From contig OX597828.1 of assembly GCA_951406725.2 (NCBI GenBank), positions 53,258,001 to 53,322,000 on the forward strand: 64,000 nucleotides of DNA. The letters are read 5' to 3'. A program made the translations under genes and the position numbers. Numbering within the stretch: the stretch's first letter is position 1; every line of letters begins with the position of its first letter. The notes under the pieces were generated by a model that was not told the origin of the DNA, made no database searches, and was given only the letters and a program-made list of their open reading frames with translations. Below are positions 27,581 to 42,942 of this stretch, one piece after another. This DNA is from Octopus vulgaris. Its lineage: Eukaryota.

Positions 27581-28180
27581 CATTGATTGCAGCACATTTT
27601 AACATCGAAGGGGTTCAATAAGAAATCGAGACTGGGGTTGCTTCTGGACCAGAAGAAATAAACCCTTTTTTTGTAGGCTTTTGTAGATTTGTAGGTGAGT
27701 TCTGATAGCGCCATGCTCAGGCCCTAAATATGAGCCGCATGTTCACTTGAGCTTTGTGCAGTGTCAGCAGCAAATCAAAGAGACGAATTAAAAATCCACG
27801 CTTCCTATCGATGACAGGAAAACATATCGAAAAAAACATCCCCGCTATATAAATAATTAAAATATGCAATAAAAATGTTTCAAAATGTGAAGATTTTTAA
27901 ACAACTTTCCATCGCTTCAAAACAAAATGATTTGTTCCTTCTAGTTTTCCATAAACTGTTATATAAAAATAATATTTGCAGCAGAAAGGAATTTGTAAAC
28001 AGAGAAAGAAAAAAAAAAGTAAAAAGCCAATTAAACAAAAATAAAAAAGAAATTAAACATTCTGATTTAAGTAAATAATTTTCAAATGTGAATTTAATAA
28101 GTTAAGCTTATTGATTCTAATATTATTTATTCATTTACCTATTTATTTATTTATTTATTTATTTATTATTATTATTATTA

Positions 28181-28215
<35 letters not shown>

Positions 28216-28386
28216 GTAATTATTATTGTTGTTGTTGTTATTACTTTTATACTTGCTTCTTAATTAGTGTTAAAAACCATTCTTTTTCCTGTAGCGTTAT
28301 TTTTATGTATATTTTATGTATATTTTATGTATATTTTTTTATATATATTCTTTATTGCCTCCTTAACAAGGCCTCGACATTTTTAC

Positions 28387-28449
<63 letters not shown>

Positions 28450-28579
28450 CTCGATCTCTCAATTCATCTGCCTGTCTGTCTGTCTGTCTCATTCTGTCTA
28501 TTTGTCTAGCTAGCTAACTATTAATCTGTTCCTTTATTTGTCTCTTTCTCTTTCTCCCTCTCTCTCCCTCTCTCTCTCT

Positions 28580-28612
<33 letters not shown>

Positions 28613-28654
28613 CGTGTGTATGTATATATGTATGAATAACCATTTCCATATATG

Positions 28655-28705
<51 letters not shown>

Positions 28706-28736
28706 CTGTGTGTCTGTGTGTCTGTGTATATATACA

Positions 28737-28772
<36 letters not shown>

Positions 28773-29003
28773 TGTATGTATGTATGTATGTATGTATGTA
28801 TGTACGTATGTATATGTGTGTGTGTTTGTATGGATGGATGGAAGGATATGTGTAAGAGTGTATGTGTACTTGTTTGTATGTGTTTTACGTATATATATAT
28901 ATATATACATATATATGTATATATATATAAGTATATATATGTGCATATATGCATGTGTATTTATGAACGCCTATGATTCTTTGTAGCCTATCTGTAAGTC
29001 GTT

Positions 29004-29046
<43 letters not shown>

Positions 29047-29799
29047 CTTTCTCTCTCTCTCTCTTACACACACATACGCATACATATACATGCACATAAG
29101 CATACATACATGCATATACACGCACACACGCATACACACACGCACGGTTTCATTACGTATGCATATATGCATATATATAATTCTAACTGATGTTATTCTC
29201 GTTATTATTATTGTCTTGCCATTATTTTGTTGTATTTTCAAAGCAATTCCTTTCTTGGTTCTTAAAAAAGACCCGTATGTTCCAACATCACATCCGGCGG
29301 AAGTTACACCACTTAAAACTCCTACCCTCTGCTGGGACATCCATTTGCCCTTCTTTTCATCCTCAACAATACCTCATTGTATACTGTTTATAAATTACAC
29401 TTCATATTTTAGAGAGTTATAATACAAGAGCAAGTAACTCTGCAAGGAGAATAACATTAAATTCATTTTTAAGCAAACAATAGAATTATTAAATAAATAC
29501 ATATATAAATGTGTAAACAAATTTAAAAAATTTTAAAGAACGGAAGTATTATTTCATGATACGGAAAGGTCAATGGGATTTGTTTACGTGGTGGTGGTGA
29601 TGGGGATGATGTGACGGTGATGATGAAGAGGATGACGACGATGACGATGAGGATAAGAATGACGGTGGTAGAGGTGGTGTTGGGGGGGGGAGGGCGGTGG
29701 TTGCACTTTCTTTGACAAAGGTAGGCATAACAATAACGGTGGTGGCTCTAAAGTCATTAAGGGTGATTACAATAATGGTGATAGTCGCGGAGATGATGA

Positions 29800-30248
29800 T
29801 GGCGATGACGATGATAATAATGATGATGATGATGAAGTTGAATATGGTGATGGTGATGGTGATGGTGGTAGTGGTGGTGGTGGTGGTGGTGGTGGTGGTG
29901 GTGGTGGTGGTGGTGGTGGTGGTGGTGGTGGTGGTGGTGGTGGTGGTTTTGGTGGTGTTGGTGGTAGTGGTGGTGGTGGTGGCGCTGATGAAGAGAATGG
30001 TAAAAATGACGATGATGGTAGTGGTGGTAGTGGTTGTGGTGGTGGTGGTGGCTTTGGTGGTGATGGTGGTAGTGGTGGTGGTGGTGGTGGCGCTGATGAA
30101 GAGAATGGTAAAAATGACGATGATGGTAGTGGTGGTAGTGGTTGCGGTGGTGGTGGTGGTGGTGGTGGTGGTGGTGGTTTTGGTGGTGGTGGTTTTGGTG
30201 GTGGTGGTGGTGGTACTGGTGCCGACGAGGGCGGTGATGGCGATGCTG
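29800..30248. repeat. (GGT)n tract containing a ~108-bp tandem duplication
   Basis: GGCGCTGATGAAGAGAATGGTAAAAATGACGATGATGGTAGT at 29981 and 30089. Confidence 0.9.
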
Positions 30249-30347
30249 ATTCAACACAAAAAAGCAACACAAAAACAAGAACCAAATATGAATAACAGAT
30301 CGAAGAAGGTGGAAAATAATAGTTTTGGACAAAAGAAGAAAACATTG

Positions 30348-30396
<49 letters not shown>

Positions 30397-31438
30397 CAAA
30401 AACGTAGACGCATTTGAATATGTGCACATATACATATATACATACTTCTGTGTATCTATATATGTGTATGTGAGACACATGCCAGTGTGTGTGTGTGTGT
30501 GTGTAGACGTTCCTATTTAATAATGTGGTATTGACAATACGATATTTCAGCGACCCCTACTTCCAAGGTCTTATCCTCTGCCCACTCCCTCTTCCTCATT
30601 GACATCCCTTAAACACCCACTCCCCCAGTGTATCATGAATGTAAAACGGGACCCCTACACCCTTATATCAATCGCCTCCATGATATTCAGAGTCTCAACT
30701 CTGACTGAGTACAATCCTAACTTCCGGTTTTCATTTCAGATATACACATAAACATATACATACATATCTATATGCAGTATATTTCCATATATATATATGT
30801 ATATAGATAGATATAAATATATGCATAAACACATCCATGCACACATACATACATGCATATATATAGGCATATATATACATATATATATATGTATTTATGT
30901 ATAAATATATATATGTATATATATGTATATATACATATATGTGTATATATATATGTATATATATATATATATGTGTATGTGTCTGTGTGTATATGTATAT
31001 ATATAGACACATACATATATATATATGTGTGTGTGGGTGTATATGTGTACATGTATTCATTTATATACACCGACACAAAAGTTATTTATAAACGTTTATA
31101 TATATTTCCTTGATCCGGAAAGGTTTCTTGGTCATATAGATCTATTGTGATACGCTGAGTGGTAACAACAGACAGCAATCAGAAGAATTCTGAAGTAGCT
31201 TTATAGGCAACACTAATGATGATGATGAGGAGGAGGAGGAGGAGGAGGAGGAGAAGGAGGAGGAGGACAATGATGATGACGACGACGACGACAACGATGA
31301 TGATGATGAAGATGGTGATGAAGTGGAGGAGGAGGAGGAGGAGGAGAAGGACAATGATGATGACGACGACGACGACGACAACGATGATGATGATGATGGT
31401 GATGAAGTGGAGGAGGAGGAGGAGGAGGACAATGATGA

Positions 31439-31470
<32 letters not shown>

Positions 31471-31822
31471 TCAACGATGATGATGATGATGATGATGACA
31501 ACGGCGACGACGATAACGAGAGGCAACGGCGATGATGATGATGTCGACGATGACGACGACAGTGATGATGATGATGATGCTACTGATGCTGATAACAGCA
31601 ACGGCAATGATAGTAATTAATATACCCATATATCCATACATGGACACACAGGTGCGCGTGCGCGCATACACACACACACACGTAGACATATATATGGTGT
31701 TAGTATATTTATAATAGTTATTCACATATATGATATGTCATATATACTTGTGTGTATGTCCGTATGTATATATTTATGTACGTACGTATGTATGTATGTA
31801 TGCATGTATGTATGCATGTATG

Positions 31823-31856
<34 letters not shown>

Positions 31857-31862
31857 TGCATG

Positions 31863-31893
<31 letters not shown>

Positions 31894-31958
31894 GTACATA
31901 TGTATGTAGTATGTATATATGTATGTAAGTATGTAGAGAAAAAGAGAGAGACTGCCAC

Positions 31959-32027
<69 letters not shown>

Positions 32028-32028
<1 letters not shown>

Positions 32029-32380
32029 GTTTCTTTATTGGCCACACAGGGCTGCACACAGATGGGACAAGTTACAAGGTAGAGCTTTTCTTTTGGGGAA
32101 TGAAAAAAACAAAAAACAAAAGAAAAAAAATAATAATAAATAAATAAAATAAAAAATAAAAAGAATAAAAAGAAAGAAAAAAAGAAAAGGAAAAGGAACA
32201 AAAGAAAAGAGAGATGAAAAAAGAAGAAAAAAGGGGAAAAAAAGGGGAAGAGGAAAGAAAAGAACGATCAATAGGGATCGTGTATCACAGTGTTATGATA
32301 TATGGTGTAAAGGGGAAAGCAAGTAAGGTTTATCCGTGGGAAGAAAAGCCTACGAAAAAGACCACGGTAACCTTGGTCAA
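32028..32380 (-). mobile_element. 3' end (UTR) of a LINE-like element with AATAAA, abutting (TATC)n
   Basis: Minus strand ends TTGTCCCATCTGTGTGCAGCCCTGTGTGGCCAATAAAGAAA, has a U-rich tract upstream, and its tail is homologous to the SINE-B tail. No coding part is present. Confidence 0.5.
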
Positions 32381-32640
32381 TATTATTATATGTTACCACA
32401 TTTGTTTGCAAGTGGGTAACCCTCTGTTTTCAATTTCTGGGTTCATAGGATTATGCTCAAGGTGGCTTCGTCATTCATACGTGCCATCCTTGCTACATTC
32501 ACCCATCTTTTTTAAAACATTCGCTAGACAAAACTTGCCTCTCTACTCTCACTTTCCTTTTCAAGTGTTACTTGAAGAAGTTGATGAGAGATTGACCAGA
32601 GAGGAAAATGTTTGTCTCCAATCCTTTCAGACGCGTCCAC

Positions 32641-32723
<83 letters not shown>

Positions 32724-32746
32724 CAGATAGATAGACAGATAGATAT

Positions 32747-32832
<86 letters not shown>

Positions 32833-33235
32833 TATGTGAAACAATTTTTTTTCCAGATTTTAATTTTTCCAGTTTTCCTCGTAGGCTCAGAGGGTCAATA
32901 TATATTGTGCAGCCTCTTTTGTCCACATGCTTGAATATTAACAACTTTTAGAATCCAGTCTTCAATTCAAACGTCAAACTTAATCTAACCTTGGCGGCGC
33001 GAAGTTATTGATAAATGTGTGACTCCTATCGAATTTGGTTCATGGGGGGTAAATTTTCTAGAATTTTCGTCCATCTTTCTTACATTTTAAAACACTTGAT
33101 TGCTGTAGCAAAGAAAAAACTGTCTTCATGGTGTTTCTTTACTTCTGAATGCCAAAATCTTTCACACGGTAAACTATTGGATGTCGAGGTAACGACGCTA
33201 CATACGACCGGACACAGGACTGTACATCATAGTTA

Positions 33236-33648
33236 TTTCTTTATTGCTCCCAGGGGGCTACACATAGAGGGGACAAACATGGACAGACAAGAGCATTAAG
33301 TCGATCACATCGACTCCAATGCGTAAATGGTACTTATTTAATCGACTCCGAAAGGATGAAAAGCAAAGTCGACCTCGGCGGAATTTGAACTCAGAATGTA
33401 ACGGCAGACGAAATACCTACTTCTTTACTACCCACAAGGGGCTACACACAGAGAGGACAAACAAGGACAGACAGACGGATTAAGTCGATTATATCGACCC
33501 CAGTGCGTAACTGGTAATTATTTAATCGACCCGAAAGGATGAAAGGCAAAGTTGACTTCGGTGGAATTTGAACTCAGAACGTAGCGGCAGACGAAATACC
33601 GCTAAGCATTTCGCCCGGCGTGCTAACGACTCTGCCAGCTCACCGCCC
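33236..33648 (-). mobile_element. SINE family B dimer (both units with LINE-like tail)
   Basis: Reverse complement of the above structure; junction at ~33418. Confidence 0.88.
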
Positions 33649-35307
33649 TTAAATTTTCATATTGGTCAGCATTCTATATTCTTTTCCCCTTGGGACTAAG
33701 AGTGAGAAAACCCTCGATGTGAGATTAATTTCGTCGACTTTTAAATTTCAGAACATCTGGTAATAATGTTCTCAAAAACTACCTGAAAAGAATGGTTTAA
33801 CCATTCAACCAACAACACTGTTTGCTCAACTCACAACCGATTCTACCATACTGCTGTTGTTGAGCCTCTGTTGAAATCACACATCTAGCTTACCTGTAAT
33901 CAAATACGTCCCAAGACTTTAGCCACCGAGTTCAATTTCCTTTCAGAGATAATATATCGTATATCAGTATTCAAGACCCTTCACAAGACCCTTCACAAGA
34001 TTGGGTGGAGGTGGACAGAAAGCATAACTTAAATGCTTGCAACGTGCCAAGTGATGGAGTTACTCAATATTTCCTTCCATTTTTGGCTGATATTTGGAAC
34101 AGGTTTGGTCTCAGAAGTATTTTAAAAATCTAATGACGGTTTTTACGTTCCAATCCAGTACATAAGGGCAATGCTTATTATCCTTTCGACGTCGATAGAA
34201 TAACGTAGTAGTCGACTTGGCTTAACAGCCCTCACCTTTTGTTTTTACTGTCTTGTTCTCACTATCCTGATCTTGTTACCACTTTCACGCTCCGCAAAAT
34301 ATCCCAAATTTTATTTAGTTTGGTTTGCAGGAAGGATTGTTTCAACAAAGTCGCGTATTGTCCTTGTGGTTTCGAAACGCGGAGTAGATGAAACAGGGAC
34401 AACAGATGAAGGGGAATATTTTTTTATGTTGATTGTCTCGTTTCACTATTTGTTTTTTTTTTTTGGTGGTGGTGGTGGTGGTTTCTGTGTGTAAACTGAT
34501 TTCCAAAACCTGTAAGAAGGGGGGGTCTACGAATACCGATTGACACACCATATTTGTTCCCTATTCCCTCATATAATGTACATACATACACAGATAACAC
34601 ACACACACATAGACACACACAAATACACACACGCACATAATCACACACAGAAACATATATATATATATACTCTCGACCTCATGTTTCTCTTCTCATATCT
34701 ATGTATTTTTATTATGTATATATGTACATATCTGTGTGTGCCTGTGTATATATGTACGTATATGCATGCGTTTCGGCGTAAGTCTATACCTTGGTGCGTA
34801 CGTGTGTATCGTGTGTGTCTGTGTGTGTGAGCGTGTATACATGTGTGTTTGCATGTGTGCGTCTCCTTGCGTTTTCTGTCTTCTTACCTTGTTATGACAT
34901 CTTATCTCATTTAAAAATTTTGCTTTTCATTTGAAAAATTAAATTAAATTTGTCTTTGAAATTATAAATAAAAAATAACAGAAACAGAGAAAAAATGACA
35001 AATCTTTTATTTTTTGCTTTATTTAGAATTTTTCTTTGTATTATTATTTTGATTTACATTTTTTTTTGTAAATATTTTTCATGCAATTATACAGATGAGA
35101 GAGAAAAGAGCAACGGAGGAAAATTTAATGTTAAATATCAACAACAGCAATAACAACAACAACAACAACAATATCAATTATGATTATTATCCCCGCACTA
35201 ATCATCATCAACAACAACTGGAACAATAGAAACAACAATACCACCACCACTACTATTACTACTACTAATAACAATAATAATCCTCTCACTATATAATAAT
35301 AATAATG

Positions 35308-35356
<49 letters not shown>

Positions 35357-35446
35357 TAATAATAATAAAGAATAAATAATTAAGTTTGTAACAAACTGTC
35401 AAGATGATCCTTAAAAAATGCAATAATATCAAATTTAATGAAAATG

Positions 35447-35507
<61 letters not shown>

Positions 35508-36374
35508 CAATAATAAAGACCATGGGGGCGCGATTTAATATGTAATTAGCGCTTCCAAAGAATCCATGTTTACAGTTACATCAATTTATATCGAAAATAA
35601 CCTGATCTAAATATTACTAAAATATCTCGAAGCGGTCACAGGTGTGAAATTTCTAGTTTCATACATATTTTTTTTCTGAATGAAATAAACCATCCCTAGC
35701 AAATCATCCCTACCAAACACACAAGAAGACATATAATAATACCCAAAGACATGCAAGAGATAAAAAAAAATATACATGTAAAAGATTTAAAAAATACTGG
35801 ACTGTAATGAAGAAAAAAAACCGGTAATGATGAAAGTTTTGACATCAAATCATACGATTGAAAAGTCAAGAAAAATTGCAAATAAGACGAGAAGAGAAAC
35901 ATCAGAAAAAACAACAATAATAACAACTACAAAACGTAAACTTATCTTAGCAAATAAACATACTCAAATTTAAATTCTTATAAATACATAAAAGAAATTT
36001 TGCTTGTTTAAAAACATGGAAAATTATAAATTATTTAATATGAAAGAAACGCGAATAAAACTGAAATATGTATAAATTTTTTCTTTCTACTTTGAGAATT
36101 TAAAATAAAATTTAAATTGTTTCACTAAATATAAAAAATGAACATTCGCACAACCAGATATTCAAATTCTCACATGTACACACTTACGTATATATATATA
36201 TATATATGTATGTATATATATATATATGTATGTATGTGTATGTGTGTGTGTGCGCGCGCGCGTGTTGAAATCGAAAGTGAAAGTAAGTTTTGGTTCTAGA
36301 AACTTCGGTGCAAATATTAAGTTTAGGTGAAACATCAATCACTAAATGTGAGTGTGTACGTATATATGTATATA

Positions 36375-36413
<39 letters not shown>

Positions 36414-36575
36414 GTATGTACGTATGTATGTATATATATATATATATGTAAATGTATATATGTATGTATATATATGGATGATGTATGTATATGAGTGTAT
36501 ATATAAATATGTATGTAACTTTATAGACATATATATGTGTGTATGTATATAAATACAAATGTATATATATATGTG

Positions 36576-36608
<33 letters not shown>

Positions 36609-36640
36609 ATAAATATATATATATAGAAAGATAGATAGAG

Positions 36641-36723
<83 letters not shown>

Positions 36724-37059
36724 CAGACAGACAATAGTGTGGATGTCTTGGTTGTCAATAGTGGAGACTGGTGAACAAATATATACATATGAAAGACAAG
36801 TGTCAAGGTAGGGGTGGAGAGGTGTTGGATGGGGGGTTGTGAGGAGTAGGAGGGATGGTGGCGAGTTGTGGCTGTTGGGGGTGGGGTTATTTACTGCTGA
36901 AGGAGTTCGAAAAGTTTTGTCACGTTAAGTGAAAATATCTCATCAAAACTCTCTATTGAAAACAAACTTGGAAACCTATAATGAGATCGTGAATTTAGCA
37001 CGCTCTCCGATAAAACTCACACATACATAGATATAAACCAATACACATATACACACAAG

Positions 37060-37125
<66 letters not shown>

Positions 37126-37195
37126 TATTTGTCGATGTTAATAATTAAATGATAAGAACAACCCAATAATAATAGTGATATTATTATTATTGTTG

Positions 37196-37267
<72 letters not shown>

Positions 37268-37574
37268 TACTGTAAGTTAATGAGAAGCAGGTAGGTAGTG
37301 AAGTTTATGGTAATAAAGAAATGTTAATCATCCTCATCATCATCATCATCATTATTGTCATCATCATCATCATCATAATTATTATTGTTGTTGTTGTTGT
37401 TGTTGCTGTTATGATTATGTCGTAGCTGTTGCTGTTAATGAGGTCGATGATTGTGAATACTTCGTATAATCGATGGGGGCGACATGGAGAGAAATTGTCG
37501 AGAATGAACTGAGAAACGAAACTTCGAACCTATTATTATAATTAAAGATATTTCTGATGGGAATCATGACGGAA

Positions 37575-37608
<34 letters not shown>

Positions 37609-37838
37609 GGATGTTCTTGTGTGATGATGATGATGACGACGACGATAACGACAACGATGATGGTGATGATGACAGTTGTGGTTCTGGTGGCGGTGGTTGC
37701 GGTGGTGGTGGTGGTGGTGGTGGTGGTGGTGGTGGTTGCGGTGGTGTTGGTAGTGGTGATGCAGGTGATCAAAAGGAAGAAGTTGCTGAGGTGACGTACA
37801 AGCAGATGGCCATATTAAGATCTAGGAACTGCAATAAT

Positions 37839-37871
<33 letters not shown>

Positions 37872-38509
37872 AAGAAGAAGAAGATGATGATGAAAACCTG
37901 CAACAACAACTACAATAATAATATCATCAATCACAACTACAACAACAATAAAAATGATATCACGTACAGCTACAATAAACATATAATACTAATAACGACA
38001 AAAGTAATGAGAAGAAGAAGAAGAAGAAGAAGAAGAAGAAGAAGAAGGAGGAGGAGGAAGAGGAGAAGAAGAAGAAGAAGATGAAGAACAAGAACAAGAA
38101 CAACAACAACAACAACAAGGGCAACAACGACAACATCAGTAATATTAATGAATGCTACGCTGTTGTTAGTACAACTAACGTAGTAAAATATGATAACAAT
38201 ACAAGAACAATAACAACAACACGAACAGCAACAAAGCAATCTCGAACATAACCAACATCATTATTAACAACAAATATAATAGTAACCTATCATTATTGTT
38301 ATCATTATTATCATTATTATTGTTATTATTATTATTATTGTTGTTGTTATTATTATTGTTGTTGTTGTTGTTGTTGTTGTTAATGTTAGTGATGTTATTC
38401 ATTAAGACATAGCAGCAAGACATTTCGAGATAAATTAACAGCCATAATGAACGCATGAGTATAATTTGCGATATTAATTATATGTAGCACACCTATACAG
38501 TAAGTGCGC

Positions 38510-38663
<154 letters not shown>

Positions 38664-38797
38664 GTATATATATATATATGTGTGTGTATGTATATATATA
38701 TATATATGCATATACGTATATGGCTTTAATAATATGTTTATTTATTCAGTACATACATAATACATATAGGCCTATAAACGTATACATATACACATAC

Positions 38798-38828
<31 letters not shown>

Positions 38829-39484
38829 TGTCTGCATATAAATACATATATATATATAGATATGCGCATGTATATCAAATCCCTTACATCAAAGTGTAAG
38901 TATGTGCTGTCATTTTTACATACAAACATACATGCATTCATATATACATATCTACTTACATATATACGTACATATACATATATATACATACGTAGCAACA
39001 CACAAAACAAAACATAAATAACATGCTGTCTTTACACCATGGTGTTTATTTCTGTGTGCAATTTGTATGGATAAATATGTGCAAGAAATGCATCGCGTGC
39101 ACTGGTACATGTTTCTGCGGATTGAAAAATGTGAGTGACATGCCGTTTGATAGGTGGCGTCCTATGAACTCTATCGTGGCACGAGAAACGGCTTCGAATA
39201 CAGTCTCAGCTAAGTTTTACCTCCGGGGGCCACCATATTGTGGCAGAGGATGAATGACTTTTACATACAAGAAAAGAAAGGAAGGAAAGGAAAAGATGAG
39301 GCAAGAAGTGAGAAGGGTAGAGGGGGATTGTGTGAGGGAGTGGGGTGGGAGACAGAGAGGGGTGGAAAGAAAGAGAGTGAGGAATTGGTAGAGAGACGGA
39401 ATAAAAGAGAAATGTACACAAGAAGACACAGAGTTGAATATACATGTGTATATGTATACACACACACATATATATGTATGTGTA

Positions 39485-39515
<31 letters not shown>

Positions 39516-39889
39516 TATGATAGAGAGACAGACAGAGACACATGGGGAGAAACAATGGGAGAAGGTGGTTATTAAAGAAATTAGAGACTAAAAGTTGGAG
39601 AACGTGGGAGAAAAAGAAGAAGAAGAAGGATGATGATGATGAGGAGGATGAGGAGGAGGAGAAGAAGAAGAAGAAGAAGAAGAAGAAGAAGAAGAAGAAG
39701 AAGAAGAAGAAGAAGAAGAAGAAGAAGAAGAAGAAGAAGAAGACGAAGCATGAGAGGAGTAGAACAAGAAGAGAACAAGAAGATAGTTAGGACAATGAGA
39801 AAGAGACAGAGAGAGAGAGAGAGAGAGAGAAAGAGACAGACAGACCGACAGACAGAATGTGTGGGTTGGTTATATGTGTGTATGAGCTA

Positions 39890-39949
<60 letters not shown>

Positions 39950-40403
39950 TTGTTGTTCTTTCTCCGACTATTTCTTCCTCTCTGTGTTTCTCTCTTCATA
40001 CCAGAGTTGGAAACAAATCCATGAAGGGTGAAGAACAAAGTTTAGTTTTGAAATTCATTGTTATACAAGTTTGCGACTTGTAACGAAGTGGATGTATATG
40101 TAATATATTTTTGTATATTGTGAGTGTGTACATGTCTGTACACATGTGTGTGTGTGTGTGTTGTGCACATGTGTGTCTGTATACGTGTACGGCTCTGTGC
40201 GTGTGTATATTATCATATATGGAGTATGCTGACTCACATTTTCTCATTAATTTATGTATGTACCAGTTCGCATATGAATATATATATATAAACTTACATA
40301 CATACATTGATGCATGTATATCTATATATGTGTGAGTGTGCGCATGTACTTAATACATAGAAACAAACGTACACAAAGACACACACACACGCACATGACA
40401 CAC

Positions 40404-40500
<97 letters not shown>

Positions 40501-40612
40501 AGCGTCTGTATAAATAATCTTGACAAACTACAAAGTGCTCAGTGCATGAACACCTAGGTATAGACACATACATAACTGTGTATGCCTGTTTACGTGCGTG
40601 TCACTGTACATA

Positions 40613-40687
<75 letters not shown>

Positions 40688-40910
40688 CATATATATATAC
40701 ATATATACATATATATCTATATATACATATATACATATATATCTATATATGTATATATGCATGTATATATGTATGTCTACACATATACGGCAAGCATATT
40801 CATACACGCATAGAATGTATACATCAGCATGGCGCATATTCTTGTGCGTGAGTGTATCACTAGTGGCATGTCTCGGAAACAAACGATTCCCTCATATGTA
40901 TATATGTATA

Positions 40911-40985
<75 letters not shown>

Positions 40986-41027
40986 ATATGTATATATTAT
41001 ATATATGTATATATATGTGTATGTATA

Positions 41028-41108
<81 letters not shown>

Positions 41109-41354
41109 TTGTAAATACGTGCATGTATGTATATATGCATTTATATCTCTCTGCATGTATATATATATATATATTATGTATATTGTATGTGCATGAATGT
41201 GTCAATGTATATGTGCTGATGTGTGAATACGTGTACACGTATGCACGTATGTGGGTGTGTGTATCCGTGACTGTATGTGATTAACGTTTCAACGTACACG
41301 TAGATCAAACGCATGTCTGTTATGTGATTTATTAAGATAGATTGAGGGATAATT

Positions 41355-41397
<43 letters not shown>

Positions 41398-41410
41398 CAG
41401 CAGCAGTAGC

Positions 41411-41469
<59 letters not shown>

Positions 41470-41613
41470 CAGCAACAGCAGTAGTAGTTACAATTAGGAT
41501 ACGATACTAGAATACTAAATTAATTTTTTTTTTAAGACAGTTTACATGTAGCAAACCCTGATGATGTTCTATGTAAGCACACACCTGCAAGGTGAAAAAC
41601 AACATCGTCAAGC

Positions 41614-41695
<82 letters not shown>

Positions 41696-42043
41696 GCACG
41701 CACACCGTTCTCCGAAATAAACACCAACTGCATTTATCATAGTGAGCAATGACAAGTACAATCAAAATAAGCGGCAATAACAGAAACCGCAAAAAAAAAA
41801 CAAACATCACAAGTGCAATTGCTGAAAGATGAATGTAACATGAAATTGCTCCAGCATGGTCTTGTCTAAGAATATCTGAAACAAACAACCTGAATACTTT
41901 TAACAGAATTAAATGGCATTTATTTGTAATTTGTACTATTGTGCACTGAAAAATAGGCGAATCACTTTTATTTTGATCTCTTTCTAAATACCTCTGTTTA
42001 TTATATTACCCTCTCTCTCTCTCTTTCACTCACTCACTCTGTT

Positions 42044-42093
<50 letters not shown>

Positions 42094-42606
42094 AAAAAAA
42101 AAAAAAGAAATACAAGAGAGAAAACAGTGTTTGTTACAATGCATTCCATAAACTGCTTCTTCAAAACCCATCTGAGCAGAGTGCCCCCGTCCAGTCGAAA
42201 TTCATGTAAAGAGCTTTGCGGAACAGCTCATCTTGAGACCAATTTAGCAGTTTATAGCTCGGTTGCTCACCTCAAAAGAGTAGTTCAGACACCGTTTCAA
42301 CTCTTTGTTTTATTTATAGCATTTCTGAACTTGGTCGTATTTCTCGACGATTCATTTCAAATGCTCAATTCAAAAACTCAGCTCAACATCACTACTCTGA
42401 AGCCAGATTTCCACAGACCCTTTCAAGAACGCATCAATAGCCCCATTAATTACTGAAAATAGCATTAACAAATTTGTTTCACAGATAAAACTTGGCAAAT
42501 AGATAAGACCAGTAAAGGTAATAAGCAAATTAGTGCATAACGAGGTCTGAATACAAAGGAACGTGACTAAAAATAGTTTCACAAATATACTGATTTATTG
42601 AAACTA

Positions 42607-42741
42607 TTCTTTTCTACTGTAGGCACAAGGCCTGTTTTTGGAGGGGAGGGACCAGTCGATCAGATCGATCTCAGTACGCAACTGGTACTTAGTTTATTGA
42701 CCCCGAAAGGATGAAAGGCAAAGTCGACCTCGGCGGAATTT
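42607..42741 (-). mobile_element. SINE family B 3' part
   Basis: GACCCCGAAAGGATGAAAGGCAAAGTCGACCTCGGCGGAATTT. Confidence 0.8.
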
Positions 42742-42756
42742 TAGATAGATAGACAA

Positions 42757-42788
<32 letters not shown>

Positions 42789-42853
42789 GTAGGTATGTAT
42801 GAAGGTGGGTAGGCAGGCAGGCAGACAGGCAGACAGGGAGGCAGATCGGTAGG

Positions 42854-42942
<89 letters not shown>

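Noticed and set aside
29767-30480. Proline-rich ORF resembling a formin FH1/extensin region
   Set aside because: It is the reverse frame of a (GGT)n tract, starts in (TG)n, is open in several frames and has no flanking domain.
31216-31620. Acidic / Arg-Thr-Met-rich ORFs
   Set aside because: Trinucleotide repeat translations.
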